A stretch of 64,000 nucleotides of DNA from a virus (Duplodnaviria > Caudoviricetes), in IMG/VR virus record IMGVR_UViG_2974508059_000001, positions 96,001-160,000 of that record; one strand, written 5' to 3'. A program made the translations under genes and the position numbers. Positions 46,032-56,300 of the stretch are shown one piece after another (the stretch's first letter is position 1; each line of letters opens with the position of its first letter). The notes below the pieces were generated by a model. The model was given only the letters and a program-made list of their open reading frames with translations, was not told the DNA's origin and did no database searches.

Positions 46032-46460
46032 CTACGGTCCAGAACAGCCTGCTCCACAACTCCCGCCACAGCCACTACCGCAACTTCCCGAGCACCCGCC
46101 AGAACATTTGCCTGAACAGTTACCCGAGCATGTGCCAGAACAACCGCCGGAGCAGCCGCCGCCACAGTTACCGCCACAGCTGCCACTACAACCACCGGTG
46201 CAGCTAGATGAACAGTTGCCCGAACAGGATGACGAACACCCAGACGAGCAGTTACCCGTACAGCCACCAGAACAGCCGTTACCGCACGTCCAGCTACAAG
46301 AGCCGTTACAGTGCAGTGCCGCTGGGGTGAAACCGTTGAGTAAATCAGCATTATTAGTAGTGCGTCCACCGATGTAGTTTTGCACGCCTGCTTCAGTTTT
46401 TAGTGCGGTGTTCTCAATATTGACAACACGGTCACGCACCGATTTTAATGAAATCGCCAT
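46032..46460 (-). CDS. Cys-rich (CXXX)23 repeat peptide, putative radical SAM substrate
   Basis: 50-aa leader MAISLK.. then 23 perfectly phased Cxxx units (x mostly G/S/N/T); AGGAG SD. Confidence 0.85.
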   Translation of the reverse strand: MAISLKSVRDRVVNIENTALKTEAGVQNYIGGRTTNNADLLNGFTPAALHCNGSCSWTCGNGCSGGCTGNCSSGCSSSCSGNCSSSCTGGCSGSCGGNCGGGCSGGCSGTCSGNCSGKCSGGCSGSCGSGCGGSCGAGCSGP

Positions 46461-46468
46461 TTCCGCTC

Positions 46469-46858
46469 CTAAGGGCTGCTACAACCAGCACTGCAGTTAC
46501 TGCTACAGGTGCCAGAGCAACCGCTAGAGCAGCTGCTGCCACATGAACCTGAACAGCCGCTTGAACAGCCACCAGAACACGAGGATGAGCAACCTCCCCC
46601 GCAACCACCAGAACACGAGCCCGAACAGTTACCTGTACACACGCCGCTACAGCTTCCTGAGCAGCTCGAGCAACCGTGACTACAACCTGACGAACACGTC
46701 CAACTGCACGACCCGTTACAACGGGCCCACGTATCAGGTTGGCCTGCCAATAGATTCGCATTGTGAACTTTGCTGTTCACCTGCCCCTCTACGGACGCGC
46801 CGGTTGCTGCTTGGACTCGGTCAAGACGGGCACTTAGTTCTTTAAGTGATATCGCCAT
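46469..46858 (-). CDS. Cys-rich (CXXX)21 repeat peptide, putative radical SAM substrate
   Basis: 46-aa leader MAISLK.. then 21 Cys at 4-residue spacing (one 3-residue step); GGAAGG SD. Confidence 0.85.
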   Translation of the reverse strand: MAISLKELSARLDRVQAATGASVEGQVNSKVHNANLLAGQPDTWARCNGSCSWTCSSGCSHGCSSCSGSCSGVCTGNCSGSCSGGCGGGCSSSCSGGCSSGCSGSCGSSCSSGCSGTCSSNCSAGCSSP

Positions 46859-46878
46859 TACCTTCCCTTTTTAATAAG

Positions 46879-46916
46879 ACACGGGCACTCGCCATATAGA
46901 CGAGGCCCGTGTGTAA
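46879..46916 (-). promoter_or_regulatory. putative TTAC-N16-TATG promoter overlapping a hairpin, upstream of the precursor operon
   Basis: Minus strand AATTAC-ACACGGGCCTCGTCTA-TATG-GCGAGTGCCCGTGT. Confidence 0.45.
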
Positions 46917-46921
46917 TTATA

Positions 46922-48127
46922 TTAACGTGAACCGGCATCAGCCTGTACATCGTCACGTGTGGTCAAGTTGGCGTTGACGTGCACGTTTGCCTGAACCACG
47001 CCGCCATACTGCTTGTGCAGGTACTGGGTGTGTGGATCGGCGGCAGACAGGTGGTTAGCGAGCGTCTGGTTAACACTGGCGATGTTGCCCTCGGTCGTGG
47101 TGACACGACGGGTCAGTGCGGTCAGGTCAACACGCAGCTGGTCAATCTGCTGCTGTGCGTCACCGGCTCCGGACTTGAGGTCATCAATCTGGTCTTGCAA
47201 CCCAACGGCCGTTTGCTTCAACTCATTCACGGTTTTCTGTAACGTCAATACCAGTGAATTGAGGTTGGCCACAATCAACGTCATCTTCTGGTAGTTTTGG
47301 TCTACCGTGTTCAGTTGGTCGTTGAAGGTGGTCAGCGAACTGACGATGGCATCAATGCGCCCACCCAGTGCCGTATCAGCAGCCTTAAGGTCGCCAATCT
47401 GGACGAGGGTTGCATCGATAGCTGCCTGCACGCCGGCAATCAACGCACGGATTTCGGTTGCGGTCAAACCATCAATATCGTGGATATCAAGGTTGTGCAC
47501 GTTACCCGTGGCATTGATGTGGGCATTCAGCGCGTCCAAGAAGTTATTCTTGATGTCGCCGATGATGTCTTTGATTTTCTCAAGCTGAACGGCATCGCCT
47601 GAACCAATCGCATCCAGAATACCCGAGAGCAGGGTAATGACGTATTCAAAACCAAAGATATCGCCAACGTCTTTAAACGCCGGGGCACCCGGTAGCGTAT
47701 CCGGGAAATCGATTAAGTCGGCAAAGTTCACCTTCTTATTATCAATGCCCAGAATCGCAATCGCATTTTCAATCGCAGTCACGTTCGCAGACATTGGCCC
47801 ACCGACAACCTGAGCGGTCACGATGATGTCTGTTGGAATGCTGCTGTTGGTCACTACAACTGCCATCACGACTTCTTTGTTGCCCGAGAGCTTCATGTAG
47901 GCCGGATGAGCGAAAATCAGTTCGTAGTCGGTACCACGTTTATACGGCGTGGTGGGCGAGTTCGTGGCACGCAGTTTAAAACTGTCTGCGTAAAACGGAC
48001 CTGCCGGAAAAGCAAAAGACCGGTTAACTTTACCGGAACCCAAGACCACGGGGATACTTACCGCGTTCGATGTCAGAGTTCCTTTAAGGTCAAGCGGATA
48101 CTGGAAAATAATATCACTCATCTCCAA
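46922..48127 (-). CDS. tail fibre protein (coiled-coil)
   Basis: Shared fibre N-domain (DL.G....N, PFY, G.DY), long heptad coiled coil, HLSAADPHTQY fibre motif. Confidence 0.8.
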   Translation of the reverse strand: MEMSDIIFQYPLDLKGTLTSNAVSIPVVLGSGKVNRSFAFPAGPFYADSFKLRATNSPTTPYKRGTDYELIFAHPAYMKLSGNKEVVMAVVVTNSSIPTDIIVTAQVVGGPMSANVTAIENAIAILGIDNKKVNFADLIDFPDTLPGAPAFKDVGDIFGFEYVITLLSGILDAIGSGDAVQLEKIKDIIGDIKNNFLDALNAHINATGNVHNLDIHDIDGLTATEIRALIAGVQAAIDATLVQIGDLKAADTALGGRIDAIVSSLTTFNDQLNTVDQNYQKMTLIVANLNSLVLTLQKTVNELKQTAVGLQDQIDDLKSGAGDAQQQIDQLRVDLTALTRRVTTTEGNIASVNQTLANHLSAADPHTQYLHKQYGGVVQANVHVNANLTTRDDVQADAGSR

Positions 48128-48165
48128 GCTCCCTTACGAGAGGGCATCCCTGCCCTCACCAGTGG

Positions 48166-51100
48166 TTAAGACGACAAATTACTCGTTGGGATTAACATAA
48201 GATTGATGGTTACCTCACCCAGCGTGACCATCTTTCCGTCAGGCCCGAAGAACTTCGAGGCGACAACGACTTCCCGGTTCGACCCATTCGCGCGCTCCAA
48301 GAACGGCGGACAGTAGCTGATTTCCGGAGCCACCACACTCACCACCCCTGTGGTGTCTGCCACCGGAACATAGACATGGGAGACGGTCTCCAACACGTTG
48401 AGGTTACCGGACTGCGTACCTTGGTCTGAGGTGAATGCCACCACCGACGTCCCACTCGAGCGGATTAACTCGCGTTGGGTTGTCCCATTCCAATCGTAGG
48501 CAATAAAAGCAATGTGGCAGATGGTCCCACCGGCGGTACCTGCCTGAATGACTTCGATCCCAACCGTGTGCTGCCCGTTAGACACCGGGAAGTCCTGGGT
48601 GGCGAGCGCGTTTGACCCTTTCGAGGTAATGCCGGATGCCACACGCACGCCATCAATGTAGACGTGACACATGTCATCCACCGCAAACTTAAGTCGCAGC
48701 GTGCCCCCGGTGGTGGTCACTTTGAACTTGGTCGCATACGTACCGTAGCCCGGAATCGTCCGTGGGTTGATGTCAATCCAGATAAGCCCCAACGCATTTG
48801 CATCCGGGTTCTCCGCTGCTGTCACGGCCACTGCACGGGCAGGAGCCCAGAACAGCTCAGGCAACACTGCCCCGGAATACCACGGCTGGGAAGCCGGGAC
48901 ATAACGGTTAATCAGCGGACGAGACAACAATGATCCCACCGCCAGTGACAGTGCGGACTGACCCACGTACCCATCACCCGAGGTCGCAATCGGTAACGGT
49001 TCCAGCAGACCGAGCGGTGACTCTGCCCGTTCACGCACCACGTTCGAGCCGTGGCTGTACGCAACCCCCTCATGCTCCTCTAACTGACGTACCGCCCCCA
49101 GACGTTTCACCGGGGTAATGTTCTCCTCGATGATACGGCTGCTGTCGGTCTTGACGTAACCCACGTAAAGCAGGTTACTGCTGTCAGGGTAACGTTCGGT
49201 ACTGACCCGGTACCGCGCCTTCGTGGTGCCTTCGTCTGGGTAGACTTCAGCGTGGAAATAGAAGGTCTGGTTTCGGTAGTCACTGAACGCCGACGAGAAG
49301 TCAATGCTGTACTGGTCGAGCACGTACTCTTTCGAGTTAATGAACAGTCGCTCTGACTCGGTCAGGTAAAGAATCCACCCTTCCGCCGTCTTCACGCCCG
49401 CCAACACCACCGGTTGCGCATTCGCCGGGGAACCAAACGGACTGGCCATGAAGTCCGCAATCGGATACGCGTCGCCTGAGGAGAACACCGGGTCCAGTTT
49501 GAAATACGAATTCACCATCGCATTCAAATCTTTCACCCACACCCACGTGTTTGGGCTGTACGTTGGTCGGTCAAGCCCCAGTGCCCCGGTGGAGCTGGTC
49601 CACTGGTTACCGGTCAGGGTCAACACCGCACGGAAGTTCAATGCACCCCCATTCCCGACTTGGGCGATACGCAGCACGGACGGCAGATAGAGCACAAACT
49701 TCTGCCCATCGTTGGACACGAGTTGCGGCTGACCAAAGCGGCGGTCTTTTCCACCAAAGCTGAAATCCAATCCGACGTTGGCGATGTTCAAGTCAAGGTC
49801 GTTCTGGAACGTCAACAGTTGGAGGGTGCTGGAGCTAAACGCGAGAATCCCGTTGGAAACCGACGGGTACATCACAAAGTAGTAATGGTCGATTTTATTC
49901 ACACCGTCTACAAAGCGTTGTGCCGTGGCCTGTCCCAAGAAGAGCTGCTGCGGTGTCCCAATCGCAAAGCCCCACAGTGCGACATACAGTTTCCCGATTT
50001 GGTCAGCGGCCATCAGTCGCTCGGATGCGTAGCCGTTCGCTGCACCCGCTGGGGCGTTAGCCAACATGATACTGCGGACTTTCGCCCACTCGGTATCGTT
50101 CAGCGTCAGTTTGTCGGCGGTAAAGTTCGGGTTCCCGGTCACGTTCTTGTACTGCACCGTTTCAGGCTTAGTAAAGAAGCACCCGTTCAGCGTGCCTTTA
50201 TCTGCCGCATTCACTTTCACCATCGCCAGCTGGGACATCGCAGCGTAGGTTGCCGTGGTGATAACACGCCGGTTGTTGGTTGGACCAAAGCCCCCGTAAC
50301 CCGGTACGTCGTAATCCGTGTCGGTTGAATACAACACCTCAACGCACAACGCATCCTTGGTACCGGTGAGCCAGATGGCTTTAGAGTCCCCACCGAAGAA
50401 CAGCGGGTAGGCCATGCCAGAGGCGTACACAGACCCACGTCCTTGGTCGAGTTTGGTGGTGTTACCCACAACCGCACCTGTCGTCACATCGGCTGACAAC
50501 GAGTCGTAATGGTCACCCCCGCCCGGAACACCCATCGTGACTATCTGCACCGGGACATCACTGTCATTACCAACCGAAAGCACAGCGACCTTGTCATCGT
50601 GGTGTGCCACAAAGGCACGCTGGTTGGCTTGGGTCCCTGTCCACTTCAGTGGGTAGTTCGTGGTCAACAAATCCACGCCGGTTTTGTACTTCGCACCGGT
50701 ATCCAGTAACTGCAGTGGGAAGATTTCCGGGTGCTCCAGTGTCACCGTCAGGGTATCGAAGTCGAGCGTGAATGTCGTGTACCAGTTCTTGAAGCTCAAT
50801 GACTCGGTTGCTTTCGCCAGCCAAATCGTTGGCGTCATTGCCACCCGTAACACTTCATCCTCTTGCCCCAACACCCGGTTACACGTTGGCCCGTGCACCA
50901 GATTGCGCCCTACCGTGAAGGTACTGAGTGCGGCTGGGCTGATGTACGCTACCCGGTCGGTCTCGGTGTTGGCGGTGTCGTACCCCCCTTCGGCACGGAG
51001 CAGTAACCACGAACCTGCCACGCCCTTCATCCCGTTCAAGGTTTCAAGGGTAAAGGCCACGTCTTGTGCGCCGATGCTATTGAGTGAAACCGACGCCAAG

Positions 51101-53253
51101 GCCACACGGTAACTGTCGTTCGCCAGTCGGGTGCGCAGCAGATACACTTTACTGCCGTAGACCACGAGGTCATCCGTTTCCCCGGCGGGCACCATTGCCG
51201 CATTACTGCCTGCCACATCCATGATGGTCGGGAACGTCACTCGCACCACATTCAGGTGGCGATTGTGGTCGGCTGTCCCGGCGAGGTCAACGAGGTAATA
51301 CGCCCCGTCGCTGCCTAAACAGATAAGGGCATCCTGCCCCGGCACCACCACTGCACTGAGTGTCACCCCCGGGTACTTGGTGGTCATCCCGGCTGGCTGA
51401 TAGCGCTGTGAAGTTTGTTGGACGTTGCTGAGCGTGTTGTCGTCGTTAAAGGTACCGTAAGCGTAATAGATGTGGCGATCAGTCAGACCGTCCGTTCCGT
51501 TACGCAGAATATACAACCGGTCCCCTTCAAAACGCATCGCCCCGTAGAACTGGCTGTTGTTCTTGCCATACCCTTCGTAGTTACCCTGTGCCGGGATAGG
51601 CAGGAACCCGAGGTTGCCGTACGACGCCCCAATAACCGCCCACGTTGGAATCAGACCGTTGGCTTTGCTTTCCAAATCCGCCAAAGTCTTCTCAAAGAGA
51701 TACCCCTGTTTAGCCGTCACCACACGGTCTGTGCTGGCATCGATAATATCCCAGAGTAACACCAAGCCGGCTGCCGAAGAGCTGGCGTAGGGTACGTTGG
51801 TCACGTCTGCGAGGGTATGGGTGTGGTTGGTCAGGGATTTGTTGGCCACGGCGGCGGTTAACGCTTTGGTTACCGGCTTATCAAGCGGTGCGGTGTTCTG
51901 CATCTTCTCGACACCGACGTCCGCAGGCGTCAGGGTTAAGGTCTGGTCTGCATCAAAACCTTTGCCGTTGACGGTGTAAGTGTCATCGACGTAGTTCCCC
52001 AGCAAATCCCGCATCGCGGTAATACCCGCCTGTGAAATTGCATAACCGTCACTGAGTGAGGTACGGTTGGACGTGACCTTGATCAGACCCCGCACCCCCA
52101 CTGAGGCTTCGGGCAGGTTCGCTTCCAGACGGAACGGGGCGTAGGACTTGCCTGACCCGTAGACCTTCACGGTTTCCGTAGAGGACATGTACGCGTTAGC
52201 TGCTTTGAGTTTCACCTCGTGCAGGTACATCTCCACCATGTCGGGTGTAATCAAATACACCCCGTTGAAGACCGGAGCCAATGCATCAGGGCCCGAGTGC
52301 ACCATTAAGGTGTTCAGCCCCGCTGACATCTCCACCGCCACACCCGGGTTCGTGTTCGCACTGTCTGCGGTGAACCGTAAAGTCTTTTTGGTGGAGACCA
52401 ACACGTTCGGCCCTTTGAAGGTGATAACGTGGTCGTTGTTGGCGGTGGTGTACGTCAGGACATTGTTGTTGAGAACACGCAAGCGACCGAACACGTCATT
52501 AAACGCGGTGTCGTTACGCATCAGCAAATCAACGTGCTTTTGCTGCAAACCGGTTGTGGCCATCAGGGTCACGAGCTGGTCAATGGTGCGACCAAATGCC
52601 CGGGTGGCGTCCACGGCTTTATCCGTGACCTTCAAGGCCCCGATGTCATCCGCAGTGTACGAATGCCCGTGGGACTTCAGCAGGTGGTGCTGATACATCC
52701 CATCGTCGAACACTTTCTTGCCGGTTTGATAGATGAGCTCAGTGACTTCACTGTACGCGGCATCCATGTCCCCTGCCCGCTTAATCAGGCCCAAACGAAT
52801 GTCATTTAACGCGGAGACAATCTCATCGCGGGCAATGGCTTCGTCCAAGTCCTGTGGCGGGTCGATAGCTGGAATGGTCGGCGCATAGCGCATCAACGCA
52901 GACCAGTCTTCGTTACGGGGGTCTTTCAGGTCACTGCTGACCAGCCATTTGCCAATCTCGCTCTGCGGTACGCGGTAATCACGCCCCACAGCGTAGATGC
53001 TGTATTTGATGGCATCGTGGTTCAGCAGCATTATCCCGCCAAACACCGCGGCTTGGAATGCCTCAGCGGCTTCTTTGTAATAGTAGCCGAGGTAATAGTC
53101 CATGCCCTCGATAAGCGGGACATCATTTAAATCGGTGATAACCAGCCCGGTGCGGTAGAAAGGGCCTTCCGGCGGAATAACCGTATTGAAACGGTTTGGG
53201 AACGTCGAGACTTTCAACGTGCCTTCAAACTGGGCCGGGGTTTCCGTCGCCAT
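48166..53253 (-). CDS. large tail fibre/virion structural protein
   Basis: 1695 aa; GPFY..G.DYY N-domain, H.YTADDIGA, NTAPLDKP, HTHT fibre motifs; C-terminal VDD...VYIDG jelly-roll-like module. Confidence 0.8.
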   Translation of the reverse strand: MATETPAQFEGTLKVSTFPNRFNTVIPPEGPFYRTGLVITDLNDVPLIEGMDYYLGYYYKEAAEAFQAAVFGGIMLLNHDAIKYSIYAVGRDYRVPQSEIGKWLVSSDLKDPRNEDWSALMRYAPTIPAIDPPQDLDEAIARDEIVSALNDIRLGLIKRAGDMDAAYSEVTELIYQTGKKVFDDGMYQHHLLKSHGHSYTADDIGALKVTDKAVDATRAFGRTIDQLVTLMATTGLQQKHVDLLMRNDTAFNDVFGRLRVLNNNVLTYTTANNDHVITFKGPNVLVSTKKTLRFTADSANTNPGVAVEMSAGLNTLMVHSGPDALAPVFNGVYLITPDMVEMYLHEVKLKAANAYMSSTETVKVYGSGKSYAPFRLEANLPEASVGVRGLIKVTSNRTSLSDGYAISQAGITAMRDLLGNYVDDTYTVNGKGFDADQTLTLTPADVGVEKMQNTAPLDKPVTKALTAAVANKSLTNHTHTLADVTNVPYASSSAAGLVLLWDIIDASTDRVVTAKQGYLFEKTLADLESKANGLIPTWAVIGASYGNLGFLPIPAQGNYEGYGKNNSQFYGAMRFEGDRLYILRNGTDGLTDRHIYYAYGTFNDDNTLSNVQQTSQRYQPAGMTTKYPGVTLSAVVVPGQDALICLGSDGAYYLVDLAGTADHNRHLNVVRVTFPTIMDVAGSNAAMVPAGETDDLVVYGSKVYLLRTRLANDSYRVALASVSLNSIGAQDVAFTLETLNGMKGVAGSWLLLRAEGGYDTANTETDRVAYISPAALSTFTVGRNLVHGPTCNRVLGQEDEVLRVAMTPTIWLAKATESLSFKNWYTTFTLDFDTLTVTLEHPEIFPLQLLDTGAKYKTGVDLLTTNYPLKWTGTQANQRAFVAHHDDKVAVLSVGNDSDVPVQIVTMGVPGGGDHYDSLSADVTTGAVVGNTTKLDQGRGSVYASGMAYPLFFGGDSKAIWLTGTKDALCVEVLYSTDTDYDVPGYGGFGPTNNRRVITTATYAAMSQLAMVKVNAADKGTLNGCFFTKPETVQYKNVTGNPNFTADKLTLNDTEWAKVRSIMLANAPAGAANGYASERLMAADQIGKLYVALWGFAIGTPQQLFLGQATAQRFVDGVNKIDHYYFVMYPSVSNGILAFSSSTLQLLTFQNDLDLNIANVGLDFSFGGKDRRFGQPQLVSNDGQKFVLYLPSVLRIAQVGNGGALNFRAVLTLTGNQWTSSTGALGLDRPTYSPNTWVWVKDLNAMVNSYFKLDPVFSSGDAYPIADFMASPFGSPANAQPVVLAGVKTAEGWILYLTESERLFINSKEYVLDQYSIDFSSAFSDYRNQTFYFHAEVYPDEGTTKARYRVSTERYPDSSNLLYVGYVKTDSSRIIEENITPVKRLGAVRQLEEHEGVAYSHGSNVVRERAESPLGLLEPLPIATSGDGYVGQSALSLAVGSLLSRPLINRYVPASQPWYSGAVLPELFWAPARAVAVTAAENPDANALGLIWIDINPRTIPGYGTYATKFKVTTTGGTLRLKFAVDDMCHVYIDGVRVASGITSKGSNALATQDFPVSNGQHTVGIEVIQAGTAGGTICHIAFIAYDWNGTTQRELIRSSGTSVVAFTSDQGTQSGNLNVLETVSHVYVPVADTTGVVSVVAPEISYCPPFLERANGSNREVVVASKFFGPDGKMVTLGEVTINLMLIPTSNLSS

Positions 53254-53275
53254 GTGTAAACTCCCACTTCTTAAA

Positions 53276-53331
53276 GAAAACGGAAGCCGTCCCCCGAGAG
53301 GGACGGCGCTTACGGACGGGTTGTCCGTAAG
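53276..53331 (-). terminator. double hairpin/terminator between fibre genes
   Basis: CTTACGGAC..GTCCGTAAG and GCCGTCCC..GGGACGGC followed by TTCCGTTTTCTTT on the minus strand. Confidence 0.55.
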
Positions 53332-53340
53332 GACTTCCCG

Positions 53341-56300
53341 TTAGTTCCAAACACCGAGGTCGGTGCTGACCCCTTCTTCTGTTCGCATGATGCCCGTGAC
53401 CCAGTCCCACATTGCGGTGGTCAGGTTAAACGGATGGTATTTGCACAGGAAGAGGGTTGGGGCAGTGTCTTCCATCACCACAACCGCAGCATCGTCATTA
53501 AAGTCGATGGTGCCCACAGTCTGTGCCCCGCTCTTAAAGATAAGTGTGGACTCTAAGAAGAACGGGCTGGCAATGGCCAGTGGGACAAACTCAATGTACA
53601 ACAAATCACCGGCAAAGCCTGTGACCGTTGGCGTCAAACGACTGCTTGCCACGGCCCCGTTCTGCGGGCTGTTGTTGTGCACCGATTTCCCATTGACATA
53701 ACTGCGGAAGTTGTAATTGGCGTTTACCGTCCAATCCAGCGCATCGAAGTCCGCAGGGGCTTCCACGACCAAGGCAAAGCGTCGGCTGTACGCAGCGCCC
53801 CGATAAGGGTTGGCTGTGCTTGACCAGACTTTCGCCCGGGTAATCTCGGCACCCACACGCTGTTTCGACAGGATACGATCCGGATGTGCTACCAACGGAC
53901 TGTACTTACTGCGGGACGGCATAACCGCATTACCGGCAGTGGGCAGTCCGATAAACTCCGTTGCCCCCGACAGTGCTGCCCAGTTTGCAGGTATCCCACC
54001 ACTGAGTAACTTCTGAACCACTCCACGACCATTCCCCTGTACCGCGTAATCGTTGGCACGGGTGTAGGCTTCAAAGAGGCTACGGAAGTAACTGTAGTTG
54101 TGGTAATCGGCAGACGGGTAGATACCGGCATGCAGGATATGCTGACTTGTGGAGGCCAGCTCCTTACGGTTAAAGCCCACAAAGCCATTCATGCAATCCC
54201 GAACATCAAACGGCAGTTCGTACGTAACTTTGCGAATAATCGGTGTTGACCGGTTGTCCTCAAACCGCACCAGTTCCACACGCAAGGTGTTGGTCTTCGG
54301 TACGTAGCGGTAACGCACGATATAACGCGACGCTCCTGTCTCCTTGACTTCCTCACCCCAAACACTCGGGTCAGTTGCCTCCACCAAACTCATGTCGTAC
54401 GGGTGCACATCGAACGGCGTAACCGCCGGTGCTGCACGGTTAGCACTGTTGGCAGCGTTTACGGGCAACTCCGGCATGTACCCATATTCGGCCTCATTGG
54501 TGAACACGTTGATGTGGAAGAATTTGTGCTGACCGTTACGCGCTTTCTGTGCAAAGGTCAGCCACAAGTCCAACTGGGTGTTACCCAGCACACGACGAAT
54601 CGGAATATACAGCGCCAGTGAGCCCTCGTACGTGAGCAGGTTGTTCTCATACGGGTTCGCCGGGGTCATCCACTGCTGCGGACCACTGTACCGGGTATCC
54701 ATCCACATCGTCAGGGGGCCGGTACCGTCAACCGTCGGTTTGAGTGTGAGCACACTCGCTGCGAGGTTTGCTGTACCCGCCACACCCGCCACAATGTAGT
54801 CAGGTTTGTCGGAGGCAATGGGCAGACGTTTCATCCCCGGGTTATCCGAGAGATACCAGTCACTCGACTCAGGGACATGTGCCGGAATCAGATTCTGGTG
54901 CGTACCCATCTCTTGGAACTGACCAAAGTCTGCCACCGTGTCAAACTCAACCGTTGTCGTGGTCATTCCTGCCGGACCACAATCCACATACCCGACGTAG
55001 GTCTGGGTAATGCTGATGTCGTTGGAGGCAATCGGTTCAGCACGACCAAACAGTGAATTGGTGCTCATGTTGAGATACACAAAGTGGCGATTGTTACGCG
55101 GGTTGATAAACTCGCTTAACTGGGCCAGCTTCGTATCAGGCGATGATGCCACGATAGGATAGTTGTTATCCCAAATCTCAAATGCCAATGCTGCCGGTTT
55201 GGTGCTGTCGTTGCAATCCGCCCGTAAGGCGACCGTGTGCACCGGGGATGCCGTATCCACATCAAATACCCCGTCAACCGTCGGCGCACCGGAAGTCACG
55301 AGGGTGCCGTTGATGTAAACACTGATGTTTCCCCCGGCCGAGGCGATCACCCTCAGACGGCCTGAGGAGCACGCTACGCGCTCTTTAGCCAGAACTGAGA
55401 TAATGGACAGATCGCCCTGCTGCGAGGCGCTGAGGCCGATTGTGCGTGCGTATAAAGGAAGTGTGGTGGCACTGGAGGTTAAGGCCAACTGCGTATTGTG
55501 CAGAACACCCTTTGCCCAGTTACGCTCGATGACATTCGTCGGCTGGTACCAGTTGAACATCGGGGTGGTTTCCAAGTTCACTGACCCGGTTACCCGGCCT
55601 TCTTTGCGACCACCGTTGGCCATGTAGAAGTATTTCAAGTCCTGCACTGACAACGCCAGCTTGGAACTCGCTACCGACCACGTTGCCCCGCCAATCACCG
55701 CATAGTCCGTCACGGCTTTGGGGTTGGCCCCTTTGAGGTTCTCTGCCACGGCTGCCAGTTGCAGCTGCAGTTGATACAACACATTGGGTGCCACACCCCG
55801 ACCGTCTGCCAGCGAGGCTTCGGTTGGCGCAATACGAATCACCCCAAGGTCGGCTTCAGTAGCATTCGGGATATTGAGGGAGGCCCACGCATGTTTGTGG
55901 CCTTTGTCAGACTTGCCCGCGAGTGCGGTTTGCAAATCACCTGACAACGGTTTGTCCACATCCGCGGTGTTGTCCGCATCCCCTAACCCGATATCCGCTT
56001 TACTGAGGACACGGGCACCGTCGTCCATGGCCACCGAGTTCAGTCGGGTCGCTTTCGGGACGAACTGCCCAAGCGTCGTATCGTACGCTGCCACTGCACC
56101 CGGGGTGACTGCTTGTCCGGTTGCCACATCGCTCTTCGCAGTCACCAATGTCACCGCGCCGTCGGTTGTGGTCGTGGCATCCGGCAGGGTGACGTTCCAT
56201 TTCACCGGGTCGGCTTTAGAGCCTTTCCCACTCGGGGTCAAGCCTTGCGTTTCAGACTGGACGTAAAGCTTGGAGTCATCCGGGTCAGTTCCGCCCCCGT

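Noticed and set aside
46032-46720. Periodic repeats as a possible CRISPR array or DGR template/variable repeat pair
   Set aside because: There are no identical repeats with unique spacers, no adenine-specific mismatch pattern was evident, and no reverse transcriptase or cas gene is in the window.
45979-46845. Plus-strand Pro/Gln/Glu-repeat ORF (PEQP...) and Val/Ala-rich alternate-frame ORFs over the Cys-rich genes
   Set aside because: These are shadow frames of the 12-nt periodic Cys/Gly/Ser codons. Only the Cys frame has an SD, a shared leader and operon context.
46032-46858. Cys-rich peptides as simple metallothioneins
   Set aside because: The strict Cxxx spacing with a conserved leader and coupled rSAM enzymes differs from CxC/CC metallothionein patterns. 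Metal binding is not excluded.
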